Source: a virus | Taxonomy: Duplodnaviria; Heunggongvirae; Uroviricota; Caudoviricetes | Strand: one strand, 5' to 3' | DNA: 64,000 nt | IMG/VR virus record: IMGVR_UViG_3300032335_000499 | Shown here: in pieces, positions 1 to 9,442 of the stretch | Layout: each line of letters begins with the position of its first letter | Numbering within the stretch: the first letter of the stretch is position 1 | Translations under genes and position numbers: made by a program | The notes under the pieces: generated by a model | Told to the model about the DNA's origin: nothing | The model's database searches: none | The model's input: only the letters and a program-made list of their open reading frames with translations

Positions 1-366
1 GATTTTCAGAAGCCTAATTGGGAAATTTGCTTAGTAGTTGAGGGTATCTTTGACGCCCTTTCTCTTAACGCCTGTGCGCTAACCCATGATACAATTAGTG
101 ATGAGCAAGCAGAGATACTACGAAGGCTTAATCGCAAAGTGATTGTCGTTCCAGACTTAGATAAGACTGGACTAGCAATTTGCGATAGAGCATTAGAGCT
201 AGGGTTTCATGTCGCCATTCCCGAATGGAGTGATGAGATAAAAGATGCTAATGATGCAGTAGTAAAATATGGCAAATTGCCGACACTGCTAAGTATACTG
301 AAAAGTGCAACTAACAGTAAGATCAAATTACAGATGATAAGGACAAAACTTGCTAAAAGAATATAA
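1..366 (+). CDS. gp61: DNA primase, C-terminal TOPRIM part (5' truncated by window)
   Basis: Frame +1 is open from base 1: ...CLVVEGIFDALS...VIVVPDLDKTG...IKDANDA; TOPRIM E and DxD motifs; directly upstream of the helicase. Confidence 0.85.
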   Translation, partial: DFQKPNWEICLVVEGIFDALSLNACALTHDTISDEQAEILRRLNRKVIVVPDLDKTGLAICDRALELGFHVAIPEWSDEIKDANDAVVKYGKLPTLLSILKSATNSKIKLQMIRTKLAKRI

Positions 367-1756
367 CACTGATATACAACGTCTATTCCTTCAGATGATG
401 GTCACTAATTCCGAGTTGTATACTCGTGTCATGAACATCATGAATCCAGAAAACTTTGATCGTAGTCTAAGAAACGTTGCGGAATTTATCGTAGAGCATA
501 CTGCCAAGTATAGCATTATGCCTGATATAACGCAGATTAAAGCAACCACAGGTGAAGCAATTGACCATATCGAAGACTTGTCTGATGGACATTACGAATG
601 GTTTTTGGAAGAATTTGAGTCGTTCACTAAGCGTCAGGAGCTTGAAAGAGCTATTCTTAAAGCAGCCGATATGCTTGAGAAGGGGGAGTTTGACCCGGTC
701 GAACAACTAATCAAAGATGCAGTGCAAATCAGTCTACAGCGTGACATGGGTACAGATTATTTCGCTGACCCTAAGGAACGATTGAACAAGTATTTCAATG
801 CAGGTGGTCAGGTATCTACTGGTTGGCCCCAGCTTGACAGAGTTATGTATGGTGGAATGAGTCGTGGCGAGTTGAACATCTTTGCAGGCGGCTCTGGTTC
901 TGGTAAGTCACTTGTCATGATGAACATTGCACTTAACTGGCTCAGTCAGGGACTTAGTGGGGTCTATATCACTCTCGAACTTTCAGAGGAATTGACATCG
1001 CTTCGTACTGATGCTATGTTGACTAATATGAGTACTAGAGACATTCGAAAGAATTTGGATGATACTGAATTGCGAGTCAAGATGGCTGGTAAGAAGTTCG
1101 GTAAGTATCGTGTTAAAGCACTTCCGGCACAGAGTAACGTCAACGCTATTCGTTCTTATATTAAAGAAGTGCAGATTCAGACTGGTATCAAGGTTGATTT
1201 CGTAATGATTGACTATCTTGATTTGGTCATGCCGGTGTCTGTCAAAGTCAATCCTAACGACCAGTTCATCAAGGACAAGTATGTATCAGAAGAACTTCGC
1301 AATCTAGCGAAAGAACTTGGTGTTCTTCTCATCACTGCATCACAGTTAAATCGTAGTGCAGTTGAAGAAATCGAATTCGATCACAGTCACATTGCAGGCG
1401 GTATTTCTAAGATTAATACTGCTGACTATGTGTTCGGTATCTTTACGTCACGTTCTATGAAAGAGCGCGGCAAGTATCAGATTCAGTGTATGAAGTCTCG
1501 TAGTTCCACTGGGGTAGGTCAGAAGATTGATTTGGAATACAACATTGAAACTATGCGTATTACTGATGACGATCCAGAAGAGGGTAGACAGCAACAGCCT
1601 ACTCCTAATCAAATACTAAGTCAAATTAAAACTACGAGTCAAGTAGGTTCTACTAACGATGCAGTGCATAATACAATTGAACAAAAGGAAACTAAAGGTG
1701 TAGGGGACGCACAATCCGCTAAATTAAAGTCACTATTGAACTCACTTAAGAAATGA
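350..1756 (+). CDS. gp41: DnaB-like replicative helicase
   Basis: Walker A GGSGSGKS, ITLELSEE, VMIDYLDL, ASQLNR, KSR motifs of SF4 helicases. Confidence 0.95.
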   Translation: MLKEYNTDIQRLFLQMMVTNSELYTRVMNIMNPENFDRSLRNVAEFIVEHTAKYSIMPDITQIKATTGEAIDHIEDLSDGHYEWFLEEFESFTKRQELERAILKAADMLEKGEFDPVEQLIKDAVQISLQRDMGTDYFADPKERLNKYFNAGGQVSTGWPQLDRVMYGGMSRGELNIFAGGSGSGKSLVMMNIALNWLSQGLSGVYITLELSEELTSLRTDAMLTNMSTRDIRKNLDDTELRVKMAGKKFGKYRVKALPAQSNVNAIRSYIKEVQIQTGIKVDFVMIDYLDLVMPVSVKVNPNDQFIKDKYVSEELRNLAKELGVLLITASQLNRSAVEEIEFDHSHIAGGISKINTADYVFGIFTSRSMKERGKYQIQCMKSRSSTGVGQKIDLEYNIETMRITDDDPEEGRQQQPTPNQILSQIKTTSQVGSTNDAVHNTIEQKETKGVGDAQSAKLKSLLNSLKK

Positions 1757-1771
1757 TTTTCAGACTTAAGA

Positions 1772-1778
1772 ATAAATA
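1772..1778 (+). promoter_or_regulatory. T4-type late promoter ATAAATA
   Basis: Intergenic match to the TATAAATA core; the same motif precedes most structural operons in the window. Confidence 0.7.
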
Positions 1779-1803
1779 CATTCAGTAGGATCTTTACACT
1801 ATT

Positions 1804-2052
1804 ATGCAAAAAAAGACTCGTAGCCTTTTAGAAGAACTCCAATCGTTCGGGGATACCCGTGATATTAATAATATCATTGAAAACCGTGCGTCCAACATTA
1901 TTACTAGTGCTATCAATTTGATTGAATTGATGCAAAAACACTATCCTTCCGATAAGGCAGAACTGCTTGAGAAGAAATTGTTGAGTGCAATTAAGGGTAA
2001 AGATCAAGCAAGATTTGCAAAGTCCTTAAGGAAGAAAAATGAAAATAAGTGA
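1804..2052 (+). CDS. hypothetical protein
   Basis: 82 aa helical ORF after late promoter, AGGA RBS. Confidence 0.7.
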   Translation: MQKKTRSLLEELQSFGDTRDINNIIENRASNIITSAINLIELMQKHYPSDKAELLEKKLLSAIKGKDQARFAKSLRKKNENK

Positions 2053-3403
2053 ATTCAAAAAGCTTGAAGAACAAATAGAAAAGCAGAAATTAGATGAGCT
2101 TAGTCTAAGCAGTTTTATCGGAGATTTCGGATCAGCCGCAGTAAAAAGTGCGTTTTCTGGTAAAGGTCTCAAGCAACAGATGATTCAAGACATGTTCTTG
2201 AAAGATTTTTACGATGACGCTTACACTTCACTTGATAATGCAATTAAAGGTCGAGTAGTAAACCCTAAAGTAAAAGGAACTCTTTCACCCACAGCCGTTG
2301 AAAAGAATCCTGCTGATGTCAAGCCCGAACCGGGAGAACCAGGAGCTAAACCTACTCCCACAGCTCCAACTGCTTCAGGAACACCCGCAGTTCCAGGAAC
2401 ACCTTCGGCAGCTCCAGCTACCCCCGGAGCACCCGCAGCCAAAACAAGTGCTACAGCACCCGCAGTTGCAGCTAATAAGTCACAGCAGCAAACAACGCAG
2501 AATATCAATAACTACGTTAAGCAGGCTGCACAATCAATTAATCAAGCTACTGATAAAAATCAAAAAATTGCACTTACAAAAGAACTTGTAAACTCTATGG
2601 CTGACCGTCAAGGAACGCCCGAATGGAATAACGCTGTTAAAGGCGTTGAAGGTATTATTAAACGAGCAGGAACTGATCCTGCTTTTGCCAATCAAGCGGT
2701 TAATAATCTTCGTTTAGGTAAAACTATGTCAGAAGCTTGGCGAATCTATTTCGCTAACAAGTTGGTAGAAGCAGTAGGACTTACTTGGAAAGACTTGGGT
2801 CTTTCTGTACTGAAAGAGGGTAAGAACTACTATATTGCTGAAACTCGCTACGTTAAACTAAACCAATTATTCGAAAGCATTATGGAAGTTACAACAGGCG
2901 GTGTCGGTTTCGGAGCTACACCTGCTGGAACTACTGCAACAGTCGGTAAAGCAGGGTCAACTCCTGCCCCACAAAACATCAATCTTCCGCCTAATGCTAC
3001 TCTAAATACTCCTACAGTTCCTGCAACTCAACAAGCGCAATCACGCGGCGGACCGCAAAGCGTTGGTCAGTATATACTAGCTTGGTTTAATCAGTATATG
3101 AATGGTGTAGACTGGAAAGCTAGTGAAGATACGGTTTTGCCTCTGATTCAGGCAATCGAAGATTCTTATCCTTCAGGATATAAGAATGCAATCAAAACAC
3201 TAGCAAGAACTGCATTTGCGATTTCTAAAGCTTCACCTTCATTACCTGCTGGCATCAAAGATGAAACTGATAAACTTGATAAACCTGATGAAGAAGAACC
3301 AAAATCCGGTAGTGTTTGGGACGGGGTATTTAAAAAGCCCGGAGCAGATGCAGAAAATCCCGATGCTAAAAAAACTACAACAGAGTCAAGACGCCGCAGA
3401 TGA
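2039..3403 (+). CDS. putative internal head (cargo) protein, Pro/Ala-rich
   Basis: N-terminus MKISEFKKLEE resembles a capsid-targeting sequence; LDE/MSE/IME linkers; low-complexity PAT linkers. Confidence 0.55.
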   Translation: MKISEFKKLEEQIEKQKLDELSLSSFIGDFGSAAVKSAFSGKGLKQQMIQDMFLKDFYDDAYTSLDNAIKGRVVNPKVKGTLSPTAVEKNPADVKPEPGEPGAKPTPTAPTASGTPAVPGTPSAAPATPGAPAAKTSATAPAVAANKSQQQTTQNINNYVKQAAQSINQATDKNQKIALTKELVNSMADRQGTPEWNNAVKGVEGIIKRAGTDPAFANQAVNNLRLGKTMSEAWRIYFANKLVEAVGLTWKDLGLSVLKEGKNYYIAETRYVKLNQLFESIMEVTTGGVGFGATPAGTTATVGKAGSTPAPQNINLPPNATLNTPTVPATQQAQSRGGPQSVGQYILAWFNQYMNGVDWKASEDTVLPLIQAIEDSYPSGYKNAIKTLARTAFAISKASPSLPAGIKDETDKLDKPDEEEPKSGSVWDGVFKKPGADAENPDAKKTTTESRRRR

Positions 3404-4266
3404 GCATCTTAACTGAAGGTGGGGCAATGCCCGGTGTTGGTGCAATCCATATTGATGAGATTGAACCCACATTGGATAGCCTAGAAAAGATTTTAGGCAT
3501 TGACCTCAAGAACAACACTTTAGGTAGCGTAGGCAAGAAAGAATTTTCTGGCGATATCGATGTTGCTCTTGAAATAGACCCAGAGGATATTCCTGCATTC
3601 GTAGAGAAATTACAGAATATTCCAGAAGTGCTAGACCTTGCAAAAAGTTCAGTAATCATGACTAAGGTTAAGATTGCTAACTATGATCCAAACAAACAAG
3701 TACAAGGTAAACCAAGAACAGGGTATGTTCAATTAGACTTCATGCCCGGCGAACCGGGCTGGCTCAAGACTTACTATCACGCACCCCAGGAGAAAGATAG
3801 CAAGTACAAGGGAGTGTATAGAAATCTTTTACTAGCATCAATTGTTGCCCGCGTAAATCGTAAGGACTCAGAACAAAAACTACCCGATGGCAGAGCTATG
3901 CAATCAGAACGATATATGTGGAGCCCAACTGACGGGTTGGTAAAAGTATTAAGAACTCCTGAACCTAACAAGAAGGGCGATGGCTACACTAAGAAAAATA
4001 ATAACAAGATTATCGACGGTCCATATAAAGACCCAAATGAAATTGCCAAAGTGTTGAAACTTGGTACTGCTGATAGTTTATATTCATATGAAACATTACG
4101 TAAGGCAATGGACGAAAATTATCCATCTGAATTAGTAAACCTTATGCTTAAAGATTTCTCAGAAAATCCTACAGTACGTGACATCGGTGTTCCTACTGAT
4201 ATCAAGCTTAGCGAGAGCGTAGGTACATCTGACTGGTTCAGAACATTGCTGGACATCGTAAAATGA
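3400..4266 (+). CDS. pol-beta-superfamily nucleotidyltransferase
   Basis: LGSVGKKEFSGDIDVAL fits hG[GS]x(n)DhDh; third acidic residue in VQLDFM. Confidence 0.7.
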   Translation: MSILTEGGAMPGVGAIHIDEIEPTLDSLEKILGIDLKNNTLGSVGKKEFSGDIDVALEIDPEDIPAFVEKLQNIPEVLDLAKSSVIMTKVKIANYDPNKQVQGKPRTGYVQLDFMPGEPGWLKTYYHAPQEKDSKYKGVYRNLLLASIVARVNRKDSEQKLPDGRAMQSERYMWSPTDGLVKVLRTPEPNKKGDGYTKKNNNKIIDGPYKDPNEIAKVLKLGTADSLYSYETLRKAMDENYPSELVNLMLKDFSENPTVRDIGVPTDIKLSESVGTSDWFRTLLDIVK

Positions 4267-5351
4267 GAATAGTTGAACTACTAAACGAATCACGGTTGCT
4301 TGAAGCAGATGCTAGAACTCCCCATCCTGAGGATTCAGTACTCAGCGGAGTGTCCTCTGCTCGTGATGCTGTTGATTCAATGTATCATGTAATTGATAAT
4401 CCAGAAACACTCACTATCAAGTGGGACGGTTTCCCAGCTCTTATCTTTGGATACAATGACAAAGGACAATTCACTGTATCAGACAAATATATGTTTGATA
4501 AAGGTACTGAGTACTTAGGAACAAGCCCTAAGTTTTGGCAAGAGTATGATGCTAGTAGAGGCAAGAGTCGCCCAGATTTGTACGGTAGACTCAATTCTAT
4601 TTGGAATGGATTGAAAGACGCGGTAGGCGCTAACAAAGGCTTCTTTTGGGGAGACTTGATGTGGGGCGAACAACTAAACCCGGTCGACGGCAAGTTCGTA
4701 TTCAAGCCCAATACTGTAACTTATGCAGTTCCTGTAAAGAGTGAGCTAGGTAATATCATTGCTGGAACCAGCGGAGGTGTTGCAGTTCATCAGTATTTTG
4801 CTGATATTAGTTCACCTCCCGTGCCATGGAACGGCAAAGGTCTACAGAGTAACAGTCAGGTTGCTATTCTCACTCCGAATATGGGCATTGATTTTGCATT
4901 AGAAGCTCCTAAGAATGAAGTTTCGAATGTCAATCAAGCACTTGCTAAGAATGGTAAACTGGATGACTTCTTGAATGGCATGGATGGTGTGGCAAGAAAC
5001 GCTCTAATGAAATACTTAGGACACACAGCAACTAGGCAAACTAACTTGCCACTAGAGCAATGGCTACAAAACAATGTCAGTGGTAAGCAATATCGATTCT
5101 TGGTCGGGGAAAACGACGGTTATCTTTTCCAAAACAAGGAAGCATTAGATAATCTTATTGAATTGTACTTTGCTATCGCCGAACTTAAAAATAGTCTTTC
5201 CGATCAACTTGAACAGCAGGTTAAAGGACTAGAACAATCAATCAATGATAGACCGGGCGGCGAAGGATTTGTCTTCAATACTCCTAAGGGACTAGTTAAG
5301 TTAGTCAATCGCGGCGGTTTTAGTGCTGCTCACTTTGGAAAGAAAAAGTAA
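4263..5351 (+). CDS. ATP-dependent ligase-like nucleotidyltransferase (DUF6267-like)
   Basis: TIKWDG (motif I KxDG), GEGFV (motif IV-like), LVKLV (motif V-like). Confidence 0.6.
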   Translation: MRIVELLNESRLLEADARTPHPEDSVLSGVSSARDAVDSMYHVIDNPETLTIKWDGFPALIFGYNDKGQFTVSDKYMFDKGTEYLGTSPKFWQEYDASRGKSRPDLYGRLNSIWNGLKDAVGANKGFFWGDLMWGEQLNPVDGKFVFKPNTVTYAVPVKSELGNIIAGTSGGVAVHQYFADISSPPVPWNGKGLQSNSQVAILTPNMGIDFALEAPKNEVSNVNQALAKNGKLDDFLNGMDGVARNALMKYLGHTATRQTNLPLEQWLQNNVSGKQYRFLVGENDGYLFQNKEALDNLIELYFAIAELKNSLSDQLEQQVKGLEQSINDRPGGEGFVFNTPKGLVKLVNRGGFSAAHFGKKK

Positions 5352-5379
5352 CCCAAAACCGAGTTTTTTTCTGTCCGGC

Positions 5380-5416
5380 ATAAATACTTATATGAGCTTC
5401 GGCTCACTTTTATAAG
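5380..5416 (+). promoter_or_regulatory. late promoter ATAAATA plus 5' C(UUCG)G hairpin
   Basis: ATAAATA 5380-5386; TGAGC-TTCG-GCTCA 5393-5406; outer CTTATA/TATAAG pairing overlaps the RBS. Confidence 0.7.
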
Positions 5417-5427
5417 GAAATAATACA

Positions 5428-5802
5428 ATGGCACAATTTACAAGAGTTAATGGTGACTTCCAGCAAGTTCTAAACTTAGACGCCGGTGCGTACACCAACG
5501 AAGGCAACACTTCAGCAATCGATTCGGCAGTAACTGTACAGCCTCAGGGTCCAAAGCTTGACTTCTTCACCATCACAGGTAACGGTTCACAGGTAGCTGA
5601 CAACATCAATGCAGTATTCCAAACTGTTCAGCAGCTTGCAACTGTATACATCTATGAGTATACTAACGCAACTGACGACACACTTGCAATCGCTGTATAC
5701 CCAGTCGCTGCATGGACAACTACTACACTTGACGCTGCACTCACAAATGCATGGACTTCAGCAAACGTAGCTGTAACTGCAACTGCAACTTTCACTAACT
5801 AA
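5428..5802 (+). CDS. probable abundant virion protein
   Basis: Own late promoter, AAGGA RBS, own terminator, strongly biased codon usage. Confidence 0.6.
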   Translation: MAQFTRVNGDFQQVLNLDAGAYTNEGNTSAIDSAVTVQPQGPKLDFFTITGNGSQVADNINAVFQTVQQLATVYIYEYTNATDDTLAIAVYPVAAWTTTTLDAALTNAWTSANVAVTATATFTN

Positions 5803-5827
5803 TAGTTAGTAAAACTACTACAACAAG

Positions 5828-5860
5828 AACCCGGGGGATTTTAAATTCTCCGGGTTTTTT
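5828..5860 (+). terminator. Rho-independent terminator
   Basis: AACCCGGGGGA...TTCTCCGGGTT stem followed by a T run. Confidence 0.8.
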
Positions 5861-5866
5861 ATTACT

Positions 5867-5873
5867 CTAAATA
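5867..5873 (+). promoter_or_regulatory. late promoter CTAAATA (leaderless)
   Basis: 5 nt upstream of ATG 5879, no RBS. Confidence 0.65.
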
Positions 5874-5878
5874 CGTGT

Positions 5879-6316
5879 ATGTATCGCATATGCTGTTATA
5901 CTTTATTTGATATCACAAAGACCGGTGTACACAACCGTTCTAAGCCGATAGATGATTCAGTTGATGATTGGCTAAAGCGAAGAAATACACAATGCAATTT
6001 TGATACTGTGCTACAGGTAATTTCTCTCAGGTCACAGCCTGAAGTAACTAAAATCCCTGTCATGTGTCAAATGGATATACAAGATTTTGATAAGTTTGGA
6101 TTCCTCTACAACACAGAAGAACCTTGCTACTATTGGAAATTCGAGTTTGAAATACAACACCCTAGTGTTTTTGAAAATGGTATTAAGCCATTAGGAGCAC
6201 TATATAACGATTGTGAGGGTGTACCGATGATTAGTATAGAAGGACAGCATTCGGCTTGTCCTAAATTTCTAAACGTTTCTGTAGAATTACAGAATATTTA
6301 TTTTGAGGTAGTATGA
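5879..6316 (+). CDS. hypothetical protein
   Basis: 145 aa ORF, CYTLFDIT...QCNFDTVLQVISLRSQP. Confidence 0.7.
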   Translation: MYRICCYTLFDITKTGVHNRSKPIDDSVDDWLKRRNTQCNFDTVLQVISLRSQPEVTKIPVMCQMDIQDFDKFGFLYNTEEPCYYWKFEFEIQHPSVFENGIKPLGALYNDCEGVPMISIEGQHSACPKFLNVSVELQNIYFEVV

Positions 6317-6798
6317 CTAACGCAATTAAATTAGCTAACTTTATCGATTCGGGTCTTGACTCCAATATCTCAGAGATATTGGTTACTAAAGAACATGCCG
6401 GTAGATATACCTTGTTCAATAAGTATTCAATTGTACTTAATAAGCGCGGATTCTATACTGTGTTTTCATCCAAAACGATGTCATTGAGTGAGTTTTCTAG
6501 TCTTAAGATTGCTATGTCATGGTGTGTATTTGATCATCTTGGTAAATACAGCGAAGGCCGTAGATTAGAGCATTTAGATTTAAAACTGTGTAGTATTGCG
6601 ATTGACATTGCGGTGCATAAAAAGAAAATCAAATCTTCAAATGATGTGGCTAGTAAGTTGATCTATACTATCAAGCTACAAGAGGACAATTTTTGTCGTA
6701 GACAAACCCTACAAGAAATCAAAAATTACATAAATAATTCTAGAGCATTGCAGGAACAAAAGTTTAGGGCAAAAGCTCCTAAAATTAATTACGTGTGA
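6313..6798 (+). CDS. hypothetical protein
   Basis: 161 aa, GAGG RBS, ATGA overlap with the previous gene. Confidence 0.7.
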   Translation: MTNAIKLANFIDSGLDSNISEILVTKEHAGRYTLFNKYSIVLNKRGFYTVFSSKTMSLSEFSSLKIAMSWCVFDHLGKYSEGRRLEHLDLKLCSIAIDIAVHKKKIKSSNDVASKLIYTIKLQEDNFCRRQTLQEIKNYINNSRALQEQKFRAKAPKINYV

Positions 6799-6804
6799 TA
6801 AATA
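6798..6804 (+). promoter_or_regulatory. late promoter ATAAATA
   Basis: Motif overlaps the stop of the upstream gene. Confidence 0.65.
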
Positions 6805-6832
6805 CTACACAATCAATATGGAAGAATAACCT

Positions 6833-7552
6833 ATGAAACTCACTGATTTAGATAAAAATAATGTTGCAGCAAAGGCTCTTAAAGAGAGCTTTGCAGTTGA
6901 CTTTGACATTTCAGGTCTAGACAGACCAAAGACTTTAACAATGTTAAAGAAAGTCAAGGGGCTTATCGCTGAAACTAGACAATCACCTAAGCAGCATCGT
7001 TCGGAAACTAACCCGACCTATATGAAGATGTTGTTCATGGAACAAGCACTGTCTGCTCATCTTAAGGTTGCTAAGACTCCTCGTATCGTTTTTGAAAACG
7101 AAGAAGTAGATAAGTCACAGGTAATTCTTGCTGCACAAGACATGATTGATTCTGTACAAAAAATGTATGAAGATGTTAATGATATGCTTGTCAAAGAACT
7201 TCCAGCACTGACTGATTCAATTCAGAGTGAAATCGGTGTTAATGAAAGTGATGCATTCAACACTGCTGCTACTGAGGCACTCAATACATTAAACACTGCA
7301 CTACAAGCAGCACAGACTGGTCTCAGAGGCGCTCTAGGCGGTCTAACAGGACAAGCTGGCGCTGGATTTGATCCAAGTGCAGAAATGCCAGTTGGAGGAG
7401 AAATGCCAGCCGGAGATGAAGAAGTAGACCTCAACGTAGATATTGATGCTGAAATGCCAGCAGAAGAACCTGGCGCAGAACTTCCTCCTATTCCAGATAT
7501 GGATGACGAAGAAGACCTCCCAACTGGCGGTGCAGGCCGAGCAAAGCGATAA
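6833..7552 (+). CDS. putative head/scaffold-type protein with acidic tail
   Basis: MKLTDL start, helical core, E/D/P-rich C-terminus. Confidence 0.45.
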   Translation: MKLTDLDKNNVAAKALKESFAVDFDISGLDRPKTLTMLKKVKGLIAETRQSPKQHRSETNPTYMKMLFMEQALSAHLKVAKTPRIVFENEEVDKSQVILAAQDMIDSVQKMYEDVNDMLVKELPALTDSIQSEIGVNESDAFNTAATEALNTLNTALQAAQTGLRGALGGLTGQAGAGFDPSAEMPVGGEMPAGDEEVDLNVDIDAEMPAEEPGAELPPIPDMDDEEDLPTGGAGRAKR

Positions 7553-7558
7553 CATATA

Positions 7559-7900
7559 ATGTTATTGCGTGAGTTTGATAGAGATCAGGATAGTGCGATG
7601 GTTAGCCAAATCGTCGCACTAACCAATCAACTCCAGCAAGATGTTGACTCCGGTGAAGTAGATGCTGATAACTATACTGTTGACCAGCTTTTAGATTATT
7701 TTCAACAATATGACGTTATACTAGACGTTAATGACTTGTACAACATGGTACGAGTTCCTCCCTTAAAAGGTATTATTACTAATATTCAGGGTGATAAGGT
7801 AGTCTTTAAAGGCCATCAAGAGGACACTGCTGACAAGCCAGAGGGCGGAGACAGTGAAAAAACTGTTCAGCAAATGGCTAAACGAGCAATGAAAACTTAA
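7559..7900 (+). CDS. hypothetical protein (CTS-like N-terminus)
   Basis: MLLREF start; 113 aa. Confidence 0.6.
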   Translation: MLLREFDRDQDSAMVSQIVALTNQLQQDVDSGEVDADNYTVDQLLDYFQQYDVILDVNDLYNMVRVPPLKGIITNIQGDKVVFKGHQEDTADKPEGGDSEKTVQQMAKRAMKT

Positions 7901-7909
7901 CCATAATAG

Positions 7910-7939
7910 TTGCATTTTTGCAACAATGTGCTATATTAT
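7910..7939 (+). promoter_or_regulatory. sigma70-type promoter
   Basis: TTGCAT-N18-TATTAT, 7 nt before ATG 7947. Confidence 0.5.
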
Positions 7940-7946
7940 AGCTTCA

Positions 7947-8708
7947 ATGAAAAAAGAAATAACAATATCTCATTTAGTTGTTAACGGATGCAGCTTTACA
8001 TACTGTGAAGGATTGGAAAATCCCTCAACCCAAGGATGGCCTACTTTATTAGCAAAAAAGCTAAATGTTCCGGTAGTAAATCTAGCTATGGGCGGAACCG
8101 GAAATCATAGAATATATCGTAAAACCGTAGATTATTTCTTTAAAGATACCGAAAGCAATCCTTTTTATTTAATAGGCATGACTTCATGCACACGAATGGA
8201 ACAGTATAGTAGGCATATATCAGATTATGTTGCTATTAATATAGTGGGTAAACATTACACTCAGTTGTGGGAAAATCAGTTCGTAAGGTTAATGCAGAAG
8301 GGCAATGATCCTCTAATATTAGCAAAAGCTAAACTAGATATTTGGCTATCTATCATCAACTTATTCAAATCAACCGACACTAATTATCTTATGACTGACA
8401 TGCTGGTAAACGGACCTGAAGTTGACGATGAACTTAGTGAGATGTACCCAAAATTATTCGACTACACAATCAATGACCCTAACCATGCCAAAGATTATGT
8501 AAAACACACGAGTAACTTAGGTAAGCTTCCGTGCAACCATTATGATGCTGAGGCTCAAATTAAAATATCCGAGTACTTGTATCAGGAACTAACAGCCAGG
8601 TATATTGTTAATCCAGTAAGCACTGACTATCTAAAACTCAAAGATTTTTACACTGAATCGGAAACTAACTACATTAGTACCCGAAAAAAAGGAGACTGGA
8701 TAATATAA
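7947..8708 (+). CDS. SGNH/GDSL-hydrolase-like protein
   Basis: NGCSFTY (block I), NLAMGGTGN (block II), late CNHY; start moved to ATG 7947 by promoter position. Confidence 0.6.
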   Translation: MKKEITISHLVVNGCSFTYCEGLENPSTQGWPTLLAKKLNVPVVNLAMGGTGNHRIYRKTVDYFFKDTESNPFYLIGMTSCTRMEQYSRHISDYVAINIVGKHYTQLWENQFVRLMQKGNDPLILAKAKLDIWLSIINLFKSTDTNYLMTDMLVNGPEVDDELSEMYPKLFDYTINDPNHAKDYVKHTSNLGKLPCNHYDAEAQIKISEYLYQELTARYIVNPVSTDYLKLKDFYTESETNYISTRKKGDWII

Positions 8709-9394
8709 TGTCTTTAATAACTAAATTCCCCTATAAAGAAATGAAACGTGAAACGACTACAGAAGGTCGTAAGTATGTTGCACCCGATGGCAATAAGCTT
8801 CCAAGCGTCACTACTATCCTTGACGCAACAAAACCAATTGAAGCAAAGAAAGCGTTGATTGAATGGCGCCGCAGAGTAGGCGAACAAAAAGCTAAGGAAA
8901 TCACCACAGAAGCTGCCGGAAGAGGCACCAGAATGCATAAGTATCTTGAGAACTATGTTCTTACAGGAGAAACAGGTGAGCCCGGAAGCAATCCGTATAG
9001 CAAGCAATCACATACGATGGCGCATACAATCATATCTCAAGGCTTATCCAACTGTCCCGAGTTCTGGGGCACGGAAGTATCTCTATATTTTCCTAAAATT
9101 TATGCTGGGACCACAGACTTAGTTGGCTTACATAGTGGCGATGAAGCTATCCTAGACTTCAAGCAAACAAACAAGCCAAAGAAGCGTGAATGGATTGAAG
9201 ACTATTTTCTACAGTTGACTGCCTACGCAAACGCACATAATGAAATATACGGAACTAAGATACGCAAGGGTGTAATCCTTATGTGTAGTGCTGATAATCA
9301 ATATCAAGAGTTTATTGTAGAAGGCAATGAGTTTGATACCTGGTCAGATAACTGGTGGAAACGAGTAGAGGAATACTACACCAAGTTCATTTAA
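8708..9394 (+). CDS. PD-(D/E)XK exonuclease
   Basis: LPSVTTIL, RGTRMH, E...YAGTTDL...ILDFKQ, QLTAYA. Confidence 0.85.
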   Translation: MSLITKFPYKEMKRETTTEGRKYVAPDGNKLPSVTTILDATKPIEAKKALIEWRRRVGEQKAKEITTEAAGRGTRMHKYLENYVLTGETGEPGSNPYSKQSHTMAHTIISQGLSNCPEFWGTEVSLYFPKIYAGTTDLVGLHSGDEAILDFKQTNKPKKREWIEDYFLQLTAYANAHNEIYGTKIRKGVILMCSADNQYQEFIVEGNEFDTWSDNWWKRVEEYYTKFI

Positions 9395-9404
9395 ACCTGT
9401 AAAG

Positions 9405-9442
9405 ATAAATAAGTGTAATTAACGGACAAAGATTACACTTAT
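9405..9442 (+). promoter_or_regulatory. late promoter within a start-codon-occluding hairpin
   Basis: ATAAATA 9405-9411; ATAAGTGTAAT 9409-9419 pairs with ATTACACTTAT 9432-9442. Confidence 0.7.

Noticed and set aside
6730-6736. ATAAATA inside a coding region
   Set aside because: Could be a tandem late promoter, but a 7-mer of this composition is expected by chance in AT-rich coding DNA
8708-9394. Cas4
   Set aside because: Lacks the four-Cys Fe-S cluster; better described as a generic phage PD-(D/E)XK exonuclease
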